Shown here one piece after another: positions 23,074 through 36,420 of a stretch of DNA of 64,000 nt. The stretch covers positions 248,001 through 312,000 of the forward strand of contig NIVC01000143.1 of NCBI GenBank assembly GCA_002269645.1, in the 5' to 3' direction. Source of the stretch: Macrostomum lignano. Taxonomy: Eukaryota. The notes below the pieces were generated by a model, which made no database searches, had not been told where the DNA came from, and worked only from the letters and a program-made list of their open reading frames with translations. A program made the translations under genes and the position numbers. How positions within the stretch are numbered: the first letter of the stretch is position 1; every line of letters starts with the position of its first letter.

Positions 23074-23979
23074 TTAGTTTTCCGGCTGTCGAGAAGGTGA
23101 TGATGAACGCGACTGAGATGGCGTTTTTTCATTGGGATGCAGCACTCGGATCGGACGCGAGCTGTCCTTGGGAAACTGGCACCAGGGGCGACACGACCGA
23201 GCACGGCGGCCACAGTAGAGGTGTGAGCGGCAAACGACGGGGCGTTGGCCAGGCTTAAATGGGTCTGTTCCAGTGGGCTTACCAGGTGCTTGTCGGTGTG
23301 GAGCTTGCTCAAAGCGCTGTTGGGGTGTCCTATCTGCACCGGCCTGCTGAATTGGACAAATTGTCGCTGGCGATGGAGAGCTAAGGCCTCTGACGACCAA
23401 CATCGAGTCAGCAATCTCGGAAATTTGCTGGGATGACTGCTGTTGGAATCCCGACAGTGCGATACGAAGGTCCTGTGGAAGACAGCGCATCAGAGTGGCC
23501 TTGAGGAGATCCTCGTCGGGCTGTATCTGGCACTGCTCCATCTTGCTCCGGAGTTTGCGCATGAAGATTGATGGCTTGTCTCCTCCGAGGTCCGAGACTT
23601 GCAATACTTCCGAAACCTTCTCCTGCTTGGACTTTTGCAGAGTCGATGTAATCGCTGATTTCAGTTGTTCGTACTGTTTTGGAGTCTGAGCGGACAAGTG
23701 CAGAGCCGCGATATCCTCCGGTAAATGAGAGACTAGGTGGTAAAATTTGGCGGTCTCGTTGGTCACCCTGTTGAGCATAAACTGGGCCTCCAGCGTGAGG
23801 AACCATGCTTCCGGGTTGTTGCGATAGAAGATTGGCAGCTTCAGGTGGGCCAGGGAGACTATAGCGGTGTCGGCGGCGTTTCCTACTGCAGTTGTAACCA
23901 CTGGTGCGGCCGAACTTGGTGCGGCTTGCGTGGTTGTAGGTGGTGTAGGAGCGGAATTGTTGCTTGCACTGTCCGTCAT
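23074..23979 (-). CDS. gag: Gag of the 19.5-24.2 kb Gypsy element
   Basis: [22 protein letters not shown]...[10 protein letters not shown] and C-terminal CRSHLYCG...CRPWC. Overlaps pol in the -1 frame at GGAAAAC. Confidence 0.85.
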   Translation of the reverse strand: MTDSASNNSAPTPPTTTQAAPSSAAPVVTTAVGNAADTAIVSLAHLKLPIFYRNNPEAWFLTLEAQFMLNRVTNETAKFYHLVSHLPEDIAALHLSAQTPKQYEQLKSAITSTLQKSKQEKVSEVLQVSDLGGDKPSIFMRKLRSKMEQCQIQPDEDLLKATLMRCLPQDLRIALSGFQQQSSQQISEIADSMLVVRGLSSPSPATICPIQQAGADRTPQQRFEQAPHRQAPGKPTGTDPFKPGQRPVVCRSHLYCGRRARSCRPWCQFPKDSSRPIRVLHPNEKTPSQSRSSSPSRQPEN

Positions 23980-24653
23980 TGGATTTGTCTTCGTGAGTAT
24001 TGAGTATGAGTTATGTGAGTAAAGAGTAATATCTTTCGCCGCCTCACCGGACCAATTTGTAGTGAAACTACAACTTAACTTAGATTTGAATTGCAATATA
24101 TTTTATGAGTTAAAGACGAGAGGGCTTGGGGCGAGAAACTTAACTGCGAGAAAGAACTGTAAAAGGAAATTAGTCTATGGTAATTTATGACAAACTGAGT
24201 TGCAAATAAAAAGTACAACAAAATACCCATAGTGCCAGCATTTCTTAATGAAAATACAGAAAATCAATGCTATAAATTACCTGAATTGGGTCATCAATTT
24301 ATACCGTAGATGCAACAAGAATCTGAACGCTTTATTCTACGGTTACGAGCGCAAAAAGTATAAAAATCTTACTAACGCTTTTGGCATTTGCACATTCGCA
24401 ACACTCAATCTAGAACTGCACCATTTAGAACAGCTGCACGATCGCCAGCCAATGACGCGGTTTTTAAAGCGATTTCTCGTGCCGCTGACGCGCAGAGTTC
24501 GGCTGGATTGCAGAATAGATTTCCAGTCAAGAGTCGGGACAGGTTCGCTCTGGGTGCACCTGGTGGCTCACTATAAGCAGAGTGACATTCTGCTGAATGT
24601 AAACCTCATGCTGCAGTTATCTTAAATATACTAAATCGTAAATACACTGATCT

Positions 24654-25040
24654 GATGCTGTTGCTGTTGCTGTGGTTGTTGTTGATACCAAGTTCTACTG
24701 CTGACCCCCGTCCCCCTCCACGGTGGGTGCTTCTTCCACCACTCCCAGAGCACCTTAGCCTACCTCGGACGCTCGCTGAGGTCGCTAAGCTCGCTCAGAC
24801 CCAACTCCCTCCTCCGTCTCTCCGAGGCAGCGCAGACCATCACATGCTCTATAGTCTCCTCCTCGATCCTCCCCGCACATCCGGCACCTGTCCTCCTCTT
24901 GCTGCCCGATCCTCTTCCTGTACGCGGCCAACTCCAGCGAATGTCCCGTCCTAGCTCTCCTGAAGCTGACCTCGTATGCCCGACTCTCAAACTCCGGGTC
25001 TCTGCTACCGTGCTTGGAGCTGCCATACGTCCTTCTCATT
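24654..25040 (-). mobile_element. 3' fragment of a non-LTR retrotransposon with a (CAA/CAG)n tail
   Basis: RARTGHSLELAAY...CRMCGE..EETIEHVMVC (CCHC finger) followed by a simple-repeat tail at 24654-24685. Confidence 0.75.
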
Positions 25041-25899
25041 CTCTCATGTCTCCACTCCTTATTAGAAGATAAGCCTACTTCTTGTCCGGCATCTGGATAG
25101 GCGGTCTGGACGCCAGTGAGAATTCAAGCGACGGCGAACCTTGCGCTGCTGCACAGGTTGTTCGTCCTTTCTACTCGCGGCAACGGCTCCAAGCGTCTCC
25201 AGCAGCCCCTCGGATGTCACTCAAATGCTTCCGGTGCCATTGTTGACATCATCTGATCGGTGGCTGCTCAGCAAACTCGGCTCTAAGCTTTCGATTCGAC
25301 AGGACTTCATTGGGCCAGTTGTGGCTAAACATGTTTTTATCACGCCTCTGCCTTACGCTCGTCAAATATTGGTGCAGATAGATATTCTGGGCTTTCCCAT
25401 TGCAAATAGTTTGAAAAGAGAAGCGCGATATGTTAAAAAATCGAAAGATCCGTAGTGTCGATTAAAACGTGTTTGCTCCGCAGTCAAGTCGATGGACATC
25501 TTCATCTGACTAACATGGCGGTTGAAGCTGAAAACTGCTTGAAATCGATTTTCAGCGATCGATCTTTCCGTTTCGTGGGGCGGGCTTTGTTAACAGGGCT
25601 GGGATCTAACAAAAGCCACACAAATCAATATGTACTTCGAAATTGCATGTCATTGTTATAGTCAACTATCACGCAAAATAAATAGTGGGAGAGCACTCTT
25701 GCTCCCAGGCTGTCGTATGTACTCGCACTTGCTAAAGTCATCTGCCTTCACTTCAAACCGAGAACTTTAACCGTTGAAATAAGTCAATAAAATACTTACA
25801 GTAACTCATAAATATAAACTGAGATTACGTATATTTTTTAATAAGCTGCAGAATTTAAGCATCAGCAACGGAGAGACAAAACCTGCGGCTCAATTGTAA

Positions 25900-28800
25900 T
25901 TTCGATGCACCGGGAGAATGCCAAGTGTCCAGTGGATGAAATTCTCCGTCTGGCTCTCATCGCAGAAATGAGTGGGCTCAGACCCAGCAGCGTGTACTCG
26001 AGTCCGTGAAACTCAAAGACCTCTCAATTACCAAAATACTCGATCTTGTCGCCCAGCTTGACCAGGTCAAGTAGTTCGTATCAACCCGATCGAGCATAAA
26101 CTCTGCCCAACACGCGCATCAAAATTCAGTTCTGTTATAAGTAAAGGAGGTCGAAGTCTAGCGCGTGATAGTAGCAGCAATTACATTTAGTGGCGTGTGT
26201 GCCAAACTGAAGCACTATATCCTTTTTTATTCTGAATAAATAACGGGGTCTTAATGGCTCAGAAATAATGGCCATATAAAATATATAACAAGTTCTAAAA
26301 TGCATCATAACGATCATTGTAAAGCCACGCACCCGCAAGTAGACCTCGCATTTTGATAATTTGGACGACAGCAGGCTCCAGGAAAATGGAAAAACTTGTG
26401 CGAAATTCTCCGAGTCGAGCCACTTTGCTACCATCCGCTCCCATCTGCATCTGTAATCTTGGGCTATCCATGGCTCCCATCTGCATCTGTCATCTTGGGC
26501 TATCCATATAGTCAGGCGGAGAACCTCCCTATCTGCACTTTTACATGCGCAGTCTGCAGCGAAATTCTTCACATTGACACCACCAACTCGATCCATTCCA
26601 TGGAAGAATCCAAAGAGCAAATCATCATTAATAAAAAACAGATTCAAATACAACTGGAAACGGGCGCGGCAATCAGTGCACTTCGCTGCCAGCGCCGTCT
26701 GCAAGCCTATGACGGGCATGCGATGCGATTACTGGGACAGTTGTCAATTGTCATAGAATATCGCCGGTTGCTGCACGCGATGGATTTGACTGTGGTTCAA
26801 GGCTTAAAGCTATTTGACTTGCTCGGACAGGACGTTATTCATGGTGACCAAGTGTTCAACACCTCTGCAGCGTGTTAGTGTTGCGTGTGAAGCAAATGTT
26901 CCTGATCGAAATTTATTTTCGTGACTACGCAATATGTTAATATCAAGAGGTCGAACGGACCAAACTAGGAATGAACAAAATAAAATGGACTGAGAGCTGC
27001 ATTAGCTGTCAAGCTTAAATTGAGGCTTAAGCAAAGCATAACAGTGGCATCCGCAAGCAGCTGATACCGAAATGCCTGGACGTCCGACAAAATCGTAATT
27101 AAAAAAATTTGGTAAGACAGCCGCTGATGAGAAATCGGTACCATCTGCGAGTTCCTCGAAATCCGTACAAGTTGCGACAGCGGTGAAAGCAAGCGCAAAA
27201 GATGCGTCAAAAAAGCGCTTTCAAGGCGCTTGTCTAAAATAATCAGGAAAGATGGGCGGCTCTAACTCTTTCTTTGGCCCTGCCCCCCCCCCGGTCCCTA
27301 TCCCTTCGATGGTCATCAATCGTCAGATCAACGACTGGGCAGATTCCCTTCACAGGGACAGAAGGACGGGCACCCAAAACTGCCGTAAATTTCGTGCCGC
27401 GGTTCCGTGCCCCTCTCGCAGGCTCAGAAACGTCCTTCTGAACCAAAATCGGAAGGATTTTCGAGCCCTTGTCATGACCTTTACCGGCCATGGCTACCTC
27501 GCCAGCCACTGCTTCCTCCGAGGCGATCTCGAGAGCGAACTTTGCCCTATTTGCGAGTACGACAATGAAGATGCTCGGCACTTTGGTTGTCACTGCCATT
27601 TTTTAACCAGAGACCGGCTACGCTACCTCGGGCCAAACCGGTCCATTAGGTCTGCCAGCCCGATAGCATCTCACGGCTCATCCAGTTCCTTCGCGCGACT
27701 AGACAAGCCATTTTATTCCCCACAGAATATGACGCTTCAGGACGGACCGGCGGACCACCCTGACCAGCCTTACGCCTTTGCCTGCCTGCGGCCTTTAGGG
27801 GCTAGCGAAAATGGCGACCCTTGCCTACCCGCAGTGTCTACGGACCACCCTGCAGCTAAGTCAAGTAAGTCAAAGAGGTCGAACGGACCAAACTATGAAA
27901 GAGAAAGTAAAATAGAGTGAGAGCTGCATAAGCTGTCAAGCTCAAATTGAGGCTTGGAAAAGCACAACAGCCAGCAGTGCCGTCACGTCTACCCACGTCT
28001 ACCACCGGCACGTCTACCCACAAAACCTGCAAACAAGGGTGTGGAGGCAACCATGTAATCAGTTGATTGCGCTCAGCCTAGTTTGTGCTGGCCCGCTTAG
28101 TTGCATCGCCCAAATAAAATCCGACTCGCACCCGATCCTAAATATCGAGTGTCTAATGCAAGGCTGAAACATGCAAAGAAATTTGCCTCTATCGATTTGC
28201 AATCAGCTTACTGGCAAATCGAGCTCGATGAGAATGCTTAGGACCTGTCAACCATCGACACGGCGAATGGCTTATTTCGAGTCAACCGCGTTAAAATGGG
28301 CATGAAGAATTCATACTTTACTTTCCAGCGAGCCATTGAAAACATCCTTCATAACCTTAAGGACGTAGCCGTTTACTAGGATACCTGCGGATAAATCATC
28401 CTCACTTAGCAACCGGCTACAGGCCGTAAAGACCAGACTGCGCGAAAAGAATGTCACTATCAACAATGATAAACGCACTGCGAAGTGTAACAAAATAGTA
28501 ATTCCACCGGATGACAGTCTTGACATATGCTCAGCAACATTGAAAAGTCGACACTCTATGCGCCAGTGAGCAATTTCTCAAATGAAATTTTGGACTATTC
28601 TGATATAAAAGATGCGAGAAAATTGCATGACGGTTGCTTTAATCTGCCCAATCCTAGCACATGCCCCCCACTTTATTCTTCAACTCAATTCTGCTGCGTG
28701 GCGTAGTGTAGTTGCGTCACTCGCTAGATTGAGAGACTTTATCTGCCTTCTCAAAAGTAGCGACTATAGACGGAATCTTGACGCATGGTGACTTTTCAAT

Positions 28801-29300
28801 GTTGCTGATTATTATAGCTACGCTTTCAAAACGCAAGGAACTGGAGCAGTTTCTCGGTGTAGCTAACTTCTTCGGTCGGCTGATCCCAAACTTTGCTGGC
28901 GAAAGGAAGTGCCTGCATAACCTCCGGTGTGATGACGCCGCATTTGTTTGGTCAGCCGAGTGCGATTATAGCGTTAAGAAAGGAAATCTCATCTGCACCT
29001 GAAGTCCAACTATATTCGCTTGAAAAGGAGTTGTCACTCACAACCTATGCCTCTCAAGGTGCACTTGCCAACGTCGTCGCACAAGACGGTCACCCACTAA
29101 TATTCATATTTCGGTGCTTCGCAACAGCCGAAAAGAGTTATTCAAACATCTAAACATATTGTGGGCCGTCAATCACCTCAAACAATATCTTATAGGCGAA
29201 AATTCACCATAACATGGCGAAACAACACTTTTGTGCCCACCAACACATCTTTTGCGAGCGATTTCGCAGCGCTGAAAAAAACCGGATCTGAAACGACTGG
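25900..29300 (+). mobile_element. Degraded Gypsy copy of the same family as 48.6-51.6 kb, interrupted by a LINE fragment
   Basis: Nucleotide blocks shared with 49120-51100, e.g. GCTCAGACCCAGCAGCGTGTACTC, CTCGATCCATTCCATGGAAGAA and GCTTACTGGCAAATCGAGCTCGA. Confidence 0.8.
27250..27872 (+). mobile_element. 5'-truncated LINE of the same family as 39.7-43.3 kb
   Basis: VINRQINDWAD...TFTGHG...CPIC...EDARHF aligns with 42650-43170 and has the same (TAAGTCAAG)2 tail. Confidence 0.85.
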
Positions 29301-31037
29301 AGCTGCTGATATCATGCAATGGGCTAGTAAAGAAGATCTCTCTGCAGTCCAACTAAAACTTTTGCAGCTAACTGAAATTTAAGGAGATGAGCATTGAATC
29401 CCATTTACTGCAATTAAACTCTTCAAGCTAATCAATCGCGATCTTTACTATTACTTCAGCTGCTGCATACGACTCTGGCTGTTTCTCAGACGCCAGCTGC
29501 ATTGTCTCCGAATCACACAGTCTGAAAAGCATTGCACGGCAACCGAACTTTTGCTTTTCTCTGCCGAATGGGATACAGACGGCACAGAGGTCGCTACAAG
29601 CCCGGTTAGAATGTCTAGCTAAATTTCGATTCAAACCAGAGGGTTCTGGTAGTTTTGGTAGATATTTTTGAGTGATTTACACAAGCTTCATTTTGCAGAG
29701 GTCCCAATGGCACTTGAAAGCTCGTCAGCACAGTTTCACATCGTGTCAGACATTGAGCCGTCAGCATGGCAGCACGTTTTCAAACTGAGAGCGGAGTCAG
29801 TGGCTTTCAATCAGCCACTCAAGCAAATCTAATATTCTTCATCATTGCAGAGGCACCAAATGCGATGCAGTTCGAAATTCACGCCCTAGAATCCTGCCCT
29901 GCCCATCTGGAAGCCGATGCCTCAATATCAGCCAGCTTTGCATCACCGTCTTGGATGGCTTCGACGCAGCCTTTGTGGAAGCAGACGAGAGTGGACAACT
30001 CTGTCTGTGAGCTTTTGGTGCCATTTGCAAGCGCGAAATAAATGTCGCTGGTTGCTTAAACCCTGTCTAGATGCGTCGCTGGCCAGTTCTCTCTCACTGC
30101 ACAAGTAACTGCCACTAACGCAGGTGCAGGATACCGACCCAAACTGCACGCTTAAGTCAGCGCTATCAAAGAGCAAATTTTCAATTCAGAATTCTGACTG
30201 TTTTTCAGCAGACACGACTGTGATGCGAGTGACGGTTGACAATAGAGATGCCGCTGAACCAACGCGAGCTAGCTGGTACAAAGACATTGTCCTTGAAGAA
30301 ACTTGCAATGTACTCCAATTTTCTTTAACTGTACGTCATGTGCGGATGTGAGCATTGGTTAATGGCTAATAGCAGTTGTCTCCCACAATACCAGGCCTTG
30401 CAATTTCAGCCACTCAATTTCTGTGCAGTTTGGAATTCCAGTAGAGCCCATGCCAGCTGGAGAAAGTTTCACTTATTCTTAGCAAATGAGTACGAGCTAC
30501 ATAACTCTCCATGTGCCGTCAATGATGACTGCAGATTATGAAGGGGTTGAGCAGCGACGGAGACTCAGTCAAAATTCGACTGTGACTTTGTCAACGTGTC
30601 AAGGACTGTATGTCCAATACTGAGTCTGCTGTACTCCGAACTGCTAACTGGCTCAGGTGCTTCTTGCACCGAGTACCAGCGAACTGTACGAGTACCAGTA
30701 AACAATATTCGATTCTATTCTTAAGCAGACAGGATTTCTTGCCGCGACTCTCCAGTAACCAACTTTTCCTGCCCATTTTTGACACAACGGATTCTAGATT
30801 GCAGCTCAAAAGTTCAACTTCTGCTTTGTTGGTCATCTGGATCTGCAATTCATACGAATGTCACATTCGAAAGAGTTGGTTTCGTCTGTTTGGAACTGGA
30901 ACACAGCAGGTCACGTACATTCATTTGACTTTACAGAACATTTTGGGCTCTTAGATGTTTCTTGCGATGCTTGGATTGACGCTGGGTTTGTCTCAAATCA
31001 GCTGGAGTAGGCAGTTGTTCCAGATTTGAGTACCATT

Positions 31038-34000
31038 TGTTGCGTATTGCTATGATTACTGCAAAGTATAGACTTTTACTTCGAAAATAGTCTATGGTTT
31101 ATGCGACGCGATACGGTACTCTCCTTTGTTTGCTAAGCTTCAATCTTTTCATTTAGGAGCACAAGACCCTAGGAGCGCGCTGCCGCTAAAATATAGCTTA
31201 ATTTCAAACTACCATAATTCATTGACTTGGCGTTCTTCAAACAAAACATGGCGACGAGAATAAAAAGCAACTGAGGGTCGAGGAAAATTCCGCACCTGCT
31301 GCCCTCAAAATGGCTCAGTCAATGGAGTACCGTCTTGGTGAGATGCCACTTTCTTACCCAGAGATAGAACAATACTTCAAACGACTTCTGTTCTACCTGG
31401 AGGCCACTGAGAAGAATGAGCAAGCCAAATCAGTCCTACTGGCTACCTGCGGTGAATCTGCATTCAATCTGGTGGAGGAGCTGATAAAACCAGAAGACAT
31501 CACCAAGGCCAGTGTTACGTTCAAGTCGATTTAGGAACTTTGCTCGAGCACTTCAAACCGAAAGTTCTGCTTCACTATGAGCGACATGTGTTCCATTCTA
31601 CTGTTCAAAAGGACGCGGAGAGCATTAAAAATTTCGTTGCACGGCTCAAGCAACAGGCGAACAAGTGCCAATATGGTGAATTGTGCGAAGACCTGATCCT
31701 GTCTCAGTTCATCTTCGGACTTCGTAGTCAGAATCTGCGGCAAAAACTGCTATCCAAAGGCACGCTTGAGCTTAATGATGCTATTCAAGAGGGACTCATG
31801 ACCGAGTCAATTGCAACTGCTACAGACAAGCCGGAAACTATCGCTAATGTGCAGAATGCTGGGACATTCTCGAGACCAAGAAGCTGCAGTGCCCAACGCT
31901 CTGTCTCATTCAAGCAACCTCAGGGACATCTGCATAATCAGTCGAGCGGCAAACCTAAAGGTAAAACAGCTAAGTGTCACACCTGTGGGAAATCGGGACA
32001 TCTACGATCAGCATGCAGGTTCCGAGAAGCCAAGTGCCATAAATGCGGCAAGGTAGGACATCTAGCTACCGTGTGCAGATCAAAGGCTATGAACGCAATC
32101 CAACGAATGCCAAGCTGCAGCCCTTCACCAGGGAACACTAGCTCTTACCATCTGGAACTCATTCATGCGGTTAGACAGCCAAAAACGGGTTACTCAGATC
32201 AATGGTTTGTTCGGTGTCGTCTAGGAAAAACCGAAGTCAACATGCTTGTGGACACCGGCAGCCAAGTAACCGTGGTTCCGGATCAAATCGCCAAGAGCTC
32301 AGGCTTAGAGTTACAGCCAGTCAGCCAAAAACTAAGATCTTACGGAGGTTTTCAAGCTACGGTCACTTCTGTCATCTACGGGGCAAATCTACAGGTTATT
32401 GGTGGCAAGTCTGCTTCAGAAAACATCTACGTCGGTCAAGATACAACAGCTATTCTGGGCATGAACTTCATACCGTCCCTAGACCTAGTGCGAATGGATC
32501 AAGCGGTTCGAGTGTCGAATGAACACAAGTGCCTACCAGTCGTCCGAGATCAAAACTCAAACTTCATTGCCAGCTTTCGCTTACGTTCGGGTGTGAGTAT
32601 GGAAGGCATGCGATTTCCTGCTCGCTCACTTCCTTTCTCCATGAAGTCTATGGTAGAAACCGAACTAAGAAGACTTCTTGTTTCAGGAATCATCTATTCA
32701 GTCAAGAATCCTACTGTTGCAGCGCCAATAGTCCCAGTGGTCAAGCCCGAGGGATCAGTAAGACCTATTCGACTGTGTGGCGACTACTCTATGACGCTCA
32801 ATCGTCTTATTGACGTGGACAAGTACAGGTTTCCGAAGATGGAGGAGATCCTGGCTAAGATTCCCAACGCTAAATTCTATACGGTCCTAGACTTAGAACA
32901 GGCCTTCTTACAGGTGGCTCTATCCCCTGAGAGCCAAGAGCTCACATGCATTTCAACTCACATGGGATTCTTTGCATTCAGATATCTACAATTCGGGATT
33001 TCCGCGGCGCCTCTAATATTTCAGGAAATCATAGACGAAGTTCTTCGGGATGTACCATTTACAGCCTCATACCAGGATGACATCATTATTGGGACTCCTG
33101 AGGATTAAGCCGAAAAACACATGCAGCTGGTTCGTCAAGTCAAGGATCGTTTGGCAAACTGCGGGTTCAAGATTAACCAGAGAAAGTCTCAAGAATGTCG
33201 TAGAGAAGTTCGATTTCTTGGCTTCATTTTGCGCGATGGAGGCATGCACCCCGACCCAGCACGAATGGAGGCGTGGAAGAGGTTACCATATCCAAAAGAC
33301 AAAGACCAACTGCGCAGCGCTCTGTGCACCTTCCGAAACTATTCGCTGCAAGAACTTTTCAATGATTGCACGACCGTTATATCTGCTGCTGAAGAAAGGA
33401 GTTCACTGGAGTTGGCATGGAGAGCAGTCTGCGGCATTCGACAAGCTGAAGAGCATTATTACAGGCGGTGTGATAACCGCATACGACATTACGAAACCGT
33501 TGTACTTGATTTGTGACGCCTCTAAGGATGGCCTCGGGTACGTTCTAGCTCATGATCCAATGCAACGACAGGTTGTCTGGCTAGGCAGCCGAGTCCTGAC
33601 TCCAGCGGAGAGCAACTACGCTAACATTGAGCGGGAGGCGTTAGCGATCGTCGAAGGGACCAGATACTTTTATCAGTACCTCGCGGGTCGAAAATTTACC
33701 GTCATTTCCGATCACCGACCGCTTCAGTACATATTTAATCCGAACAAGGTCTCCGAGCGAGTTTCAGCAAGGATTCAGCGATGGGCATTACTGTTAAGAG
33801 CTTACGATTACAATGTGATGTACGTCAAGGGTGAAACGATGTACGCTGCAGACACTTTGTCTAGACTTCAATTGCAGTCGGACTCAGCGGATTAGAAGAT
33901 CAACCTCCTAGAAATCAATGCACTGGAGGGTTTCGGAAACCCCGAACAGCTACTGCAGAGGATCGTGCGAACTAAAGATTACAAGTTGGACATGCTCAAG

Positions 34001-35423
34001 AAGTACATTCAAGACGGCTGGCCTGCTTATCCACCGCCAGCTATGCTGCCATATTCACGCAATAAGTTGGAATACACACTCCAAAACGGAGTGATTTTCA
34101 AAGGATTGCGCATCGTCCCACCCTCTAGCCTGAGAAGCGAAATTCTTCAGATGCTTCACGAGGACCACCCCGGCATCGTGAGGATGCTACGTCTATCCAG
34201 ACAGTACTTCTGGTGGCCCGACATAGATGCTCAAATCAATGCATTCGTTCAACTTTGTGTTCAATGCCAGCTACATGCTAGGAAAAGAAGCAATGCAAAT
34301 CTGTCGTCATGGCCGGAGACAAAAAATTTCTTCGAGAGAGTTCACTTTGACATCGCTACTTTCAAAGGTCAACGCTTCCTTGTCCTGGTTGACGCATTTT
34401 CAAAATGGGTAGATGTACAGTCCGTGCCGTCAATGAAAGCATCCATTGTCATCAGTGCGCTAAGAAAAAACGTTCAAGTATACCAGATTGCCGAAAAATC
34501 TGGTTTCGGACAATGGTGGAACTTTTGTGGCAGAAGATTTCGTTACTTTCCTGCGAGAGAACTACATCGACCACACACTTACTCCCCCAGGACATCATCA
34601 GTCCAACGGTCAGGTGGAGAGAGTCATTGAAGAACTGAAGTTTTATTTAAGAAAGTTAAACGCTGGTGCCAATCTTTCTGAGCTGGAAAGGCATTTAGCA
34701 GGATTCTGCCTGTTTCAGAATACGACTCCTCACTGCAATGGATCAATTCCGGCACTTCTGGTGTTTCAGCAGTCGCCCCGAACACGTCTATCAGCCATTT
34801 GTACAGAGAGGACGGGGCCGGTTCAAGAGCCAGTTCCTGTTTTCGTGCGTGTGGAGCACAAGGAGCAACGGGGTCCCCTCTGAGCTGAAGTCTACAGTTG
34901 TTACAAATAATTTCCGAGATGCAAAAGGACGACTAGTGCACCAGTCCGATGCTACTGCTCGTACAGAGGAACTACCGATTGATGATTCGAAGCAGTCTGG
35001 GATCACCCCTCGTGATACCGATGCAACTACGTGCCAAGACAGTGCTACCACAAGTCCAATGCGCCATGCAATGCAGTCGCCTAGGCACAAGGAACACGGT
35101 GTGCTCGAGTTCCGTAGGAGCACGCGAGTCAGGCGACCTCCGGAAGGATTGACTTATTACTGAATTGCTTGAGGCGTAACTTTGAACTGCACTGTATAAG
35201 CATCGGTGGGGGTGTTGCGTATTGCTATGACTACTGCAAAGTATAGACTTTTACTTCGAAAATAGTCTATGGTTTATGCGACGCGATACGGTACTCTCCT
35301 TTGTTTGCTAAGCTTCGAATCTTTTCATTTAGGAGCACAAGACCCTAGGAGCGCGCTAAGCTAAAATATAGCTTAATTTCAAACTACCATAATTCATTGA
35401 CTTGGCGTTCTTCAAACAAAACA
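31038..35423 (+). mobile_element. Full-length Ty3/Gypsy (Mag-like) LTR retrotransposon, 211-bp LTRs, pseudogenised gag-pol
   Basis: LTRs 31038-31248 and 35213-35423 (TG..CA, a few differences), TSD CCATT, PBS TGGCGACGAG, PPT GGTGGGGG. Two CCHC knuckles, LVDTGSQ, YQDD, RH and INT motifs, all with stops or frameshifts. Confidence 0.95.
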
Positions 35424-35709
35424 CCATTCTCATGTAGAGATCTCCAAACCTAGTAGACTACTAGAAGTAGTAAGATAAAATTATAAATACTAAGTTAAAA
35501 ATAGCAATGCGTCATACTCTATTTTTAGTAACACGTGTAATATCACGTAAACAGTGAGTGACTATCCTATTGTTCGAAAAACCGGTTCTTAACATCTATT
35601 TTTTAAACTTCCAAATATAGTAAATGTTAACCTGAATGCGACCCATGTCTCACCCCTTCCTATTCAAAAACCTCACCTGTCAAATATTAAAATTACTTAC
35701 GTAAACTCA

Positions 35710-36420
35710 TTAAAAAACCGGTTTTGAGCTCAAGGTCGACTCAAGGCCGAAAAATTGTGTATAAATACAAACGCAAAATCCGAGCTGAAATCTTAGACTC
35801 GGAGCAGCCTCCAAAGATCTTGGGCTTTGCAAGAGCAGCCAAACGAGGCTATATCTCTGAGGAAGAGATAAACACCAATTGGTAAGCTTTGTTCAAGTCT
35901 TCGTTATTTTGATTATTGAGAGCGATTGTTATTTCCGGTCGTAACTGTTCAGTTGATTTTATTGAGTCTATTGAGTTTGAGGCCTCCCTTTTTCCTAAGG
36001 GATTGGATAGGATCTGCGGACCGATTCCGATACCCTTAGAGGATTATCGATTGTTTAATTTTGTTACCCTAGAGTAACCGATATGAGCACACAATTCCGA
36101 TTCCGTTATTTCTAGGAGAAGACGCCCTTTCTTTTCTGGAGGACCTCGTATTATTATAGAAGTTGATTTTGTTATTAGGGCAAATCGCTGACATTGATTT
36201 CTGCACTCTAGGAATACTGCGACGTCGATTTTATTGTTACGCTCTCGCTTTCGGCTGATTTTAGACTTCAAGAAGACTACCCCGAGAGGAACAGCTCTAC
36301 GGACACGCGCGACAAAGAAGAGGAGCCCACAACAGTAAGTGATCACTTATTTTGTTCCCAGGCTTAAGTGTCTGGAAGTGGAGTTTTCCAGGGACTGATC
36401 ACCACTCGATCAAACTCTTC
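35710..36420. repeat. Unclassified dispersed repeat, diverged copy B
   Basis: Collinear with 17190-17950. Confidence 0.5.

Larger units (their letters stand above)
19505..24231 (-). mobile_element. Full-length Ty3/Gypsy LTR retrotransposon (gag resembles the CsRn1/Boudicca type), 174-bp identical direct repeats
   Basis: LTRs 19505-19678 and 24058-24231 are identical by eye. TSD is GTGC, or TAGTGC if the LTR starts at the TG 2 nt inside. PBS-like TGGTCCGGTGAGGC after the 5' LTR and PPT GGAGGGGGGAG before the 3' LTR. Confidence 0.95.

Noticed and set aside
29400-30950. Short ORFs between the Gypsy elements (also 18.0-19.4 kb and 36.5-37.9 kb)
   Set aside because: No recognisable motifs or coherent splice structure; left unannotated.
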